Shown in pieces: positions 62,000-64,000 of a stretch of 64,000 bases of DNA. The position numbers and the translations under genes were made by a program. How positions within the stretch are numbered: position 1 is the stretch's first letter; the number at the start of each line of letters is the position of its first letter. The stretch comes from Stegostoma tigrinum. Lineage: Eukaryota. Under the pieces are notes generated by a model. The model was not told where the DNA came from and searched no databases. It saw nothing but the letters and a program-made list of their open reading frames with translations. Location of the stretch: assembly GCF_030684315.1 (NCBI RefSeq), contig NC_081377.1, positions 10,664,001 through 10,728,000 of the forward strand. Direction: 5' to 3'.

Positions 62000-64000
62000 G
62001 ATCAGATAAACTGGATACGGTTCCACTAGAGTTTGAAATTGTGAGGAGTGACATGATTAAAGGCACTGAGACAAGATACTGAATGGTCTTGACCAGTTGG
62101 ATGTGGAAAGGTCATTTCCTTTCACAGGCCAGTCCAAAACTAGGGCAGTGTTTTAAAATTATGGACAGAGATGAGGAGTCTTTTTTTCTCTCTGTTAGGA
62201 TTGTGCATTGTTGGAAGTCTCTGCCTCAGAAAGTGTTGAACATGGGGTTGTTAACTCTTTTTAAGGGCAGAAGTAGTTCAGCAAGGCTATTGGAGATAGA
62301 TTGAAATGTGGAGCTGGAAGCACAAACAGATGCGACAAGATTTTAGCAGAGGCTGGAGCAAGCTCGAGAAGTCATCAATTTATCTCTGCACTATGTTTGT
62401 ACTCTTGCAAAATACAGACATATATAAGAAAGCTAATTGAAAAATTGTGCAAAATTGCCTAAATCACAGTCAGAGGGCTGTTTTCAGCTTTGATTGCCTC
62501 ATGCAAAAATGGACAGTGATTGAGAATAGCGATAATAATGTTACTAGAATCATACCGTGGGTTGTGAATTCTAATAACAAAATACTTCAGATTTGGGATG
62601 TTTCCACTGAGCAGGGTATGCTCAGTAGAAAGATTTTTGAATATTTTTTAATAATATTCTTTGTTCACTCAAGGGATGTGGGCAACTCTCACAAGGCCAG
62701 CATTCATTGCTCATCCCTCGTTTGCTCAGAAGGCAGTTAAGAGTCAGCCACATTGTTGTGGCTCTGAGGTCAAATGTAGGCCAGACCAGGTAAGGATGAC
62801 AGATTTCCTTCCCGAAAGACATTAGTGAACTAAATGGACTTTTTTTAAGTATCGACAATCGTTTCACAGTCATCATTAGACCCTTAATTCCAAATTTGTA
62901 TTGAATTCAAATTCCACCATAAATTTCTAATTTTAAATAAATAGTAGAGTGAATTGACGGAGAAAAAAACAGGGCCTAGTTTTTTTTTTGGATGTTGGAG
63001 TTTCCCAAACTTCTACCTGATGATTCTGTAAGGAAAACGATATAGCCATTCAATGCTCAAACTGTGTTAAATGCCTGGAGGTAGCATTTCTGCCCTTCAT
63101 ACGGAAGCCCAGTCTGAAAGTTGCCAGCTAATCTGTCCCCTTCTCAAAGTCTTTTACTATTATTTATCTTTGATGAGAGTTGTAGGTTATGTCCTTAAGT
63201 GCCAGCATTGTTTCTTACTGTCCGACACTTTAAATGATTTTCTCAGTTCACTTTAGCCCCGTGACCTTATATTCTTAAAATTTCTCCTGTACAGTCATTT
63301 GGTGGTACAGAACCCAAGGATTGCTGAAGAACAGTTAGGTTTTATTGAAAATTTCCATCTTGGACTCGTTGGGACATTTCCCAAGAATACAAGTTCCAGC
63401 ATTTGTACTGCCCTCTAAACCTTTCCTATTCATATATCCATCCAAATGCCTTTGTTACTGTACCCACCTCTACCACATCCTTTCACAATTCATTCTACAC
63501 AGGCACTACCCTCTGAGTGTACCCAGCCCTGATTGACAGTTTGATTAATAGTTGGGTGAAATCCAAAATTCTTCACATCCCTTCTAAACTTCCAACTCTT
63601 TAATTTAAATCAATACCCCGGTCACTGATCCATTCATCAAGTGGAAATGTTTGCTCCTGTCTACCCAGTCTATGCCCCTGTTTTTTACATCTCAGTCATG
63701 TCCCCTCTCAATATCCTCTGCTTTAATGAAAATAGTCCCAGTCTGTCTAATCTCTCTTTATAAGTGAAACTCTCCAGCCCAGCAATCATCCTGGTAAATC
63801 TCTTCTGCATCCAGTCGGGTGATATCACACTGACAATGTGGATTCTAATCAGTTTTTAATCAATGTTTATATTTTAAAGTCTGACCTTGAGTGCCATGAG
63901 AGGTAAGCCAGCAAATGGTTGTCATTTGGATGAAGCAAATGGATGAAGGGTCTAGGCTCAAAACGTCAGCTTCTGTGCTCCTGAGATGCTGCTTGGCCTG
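62000..64000. mobile_element. CR1 3' ends (+62000-62400, -63400-63830), SINE-like repeat (-62660-62920) and PLE terminus (+63942-64000)
   Basis: Matches to the other copies. gatgaagggtctaggctcaaaacgtcag lies at the window end. Confidence 0.65.

Noticed and set aside
63530-63539. Perfect TGATTGACAG motif
   Set aside because: An isolated motif within CR1 debris.

Overview
Non-coding, repeat-rich vertebrate DNA, almost certainly from a shark (elasmobranch): it carries HE1 V-SINEs, HER1/CR1 LINEs and a Deu-domain SINE. No intact protein-coding gene is recognisable. Most supplied ORFs are antisense or off-frame reads of repeats, so this looks like a large intron or gene desert. It contains a decayed Gypsy LTR retrotransposon (29721-33273), a 5'-truncated Penelope-like element (PLE) with RT and GIY-YIG remnants (49205-51545), RTE, Rex1-like and Harbinger remnants, solo LTRs, a perfect 22-bp minisatellite, a (TG)n array spanning an assembly gap, and several repeat-free enhancer-like blocks. 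The most striking signal is about 20 PLE-derived insertions of at least three families. Most carry an intact or decayed minimal type I hammerhead ribozyme motif (CTGAnGA-A-stem II-GAAAC-GTH). Many are fold-back palindromes with target duplications and a stereotyped one-sided ~30-nt tail. Two local templated duplications are also visible. All assignments were made by eye and repeat boundaries are approximate.
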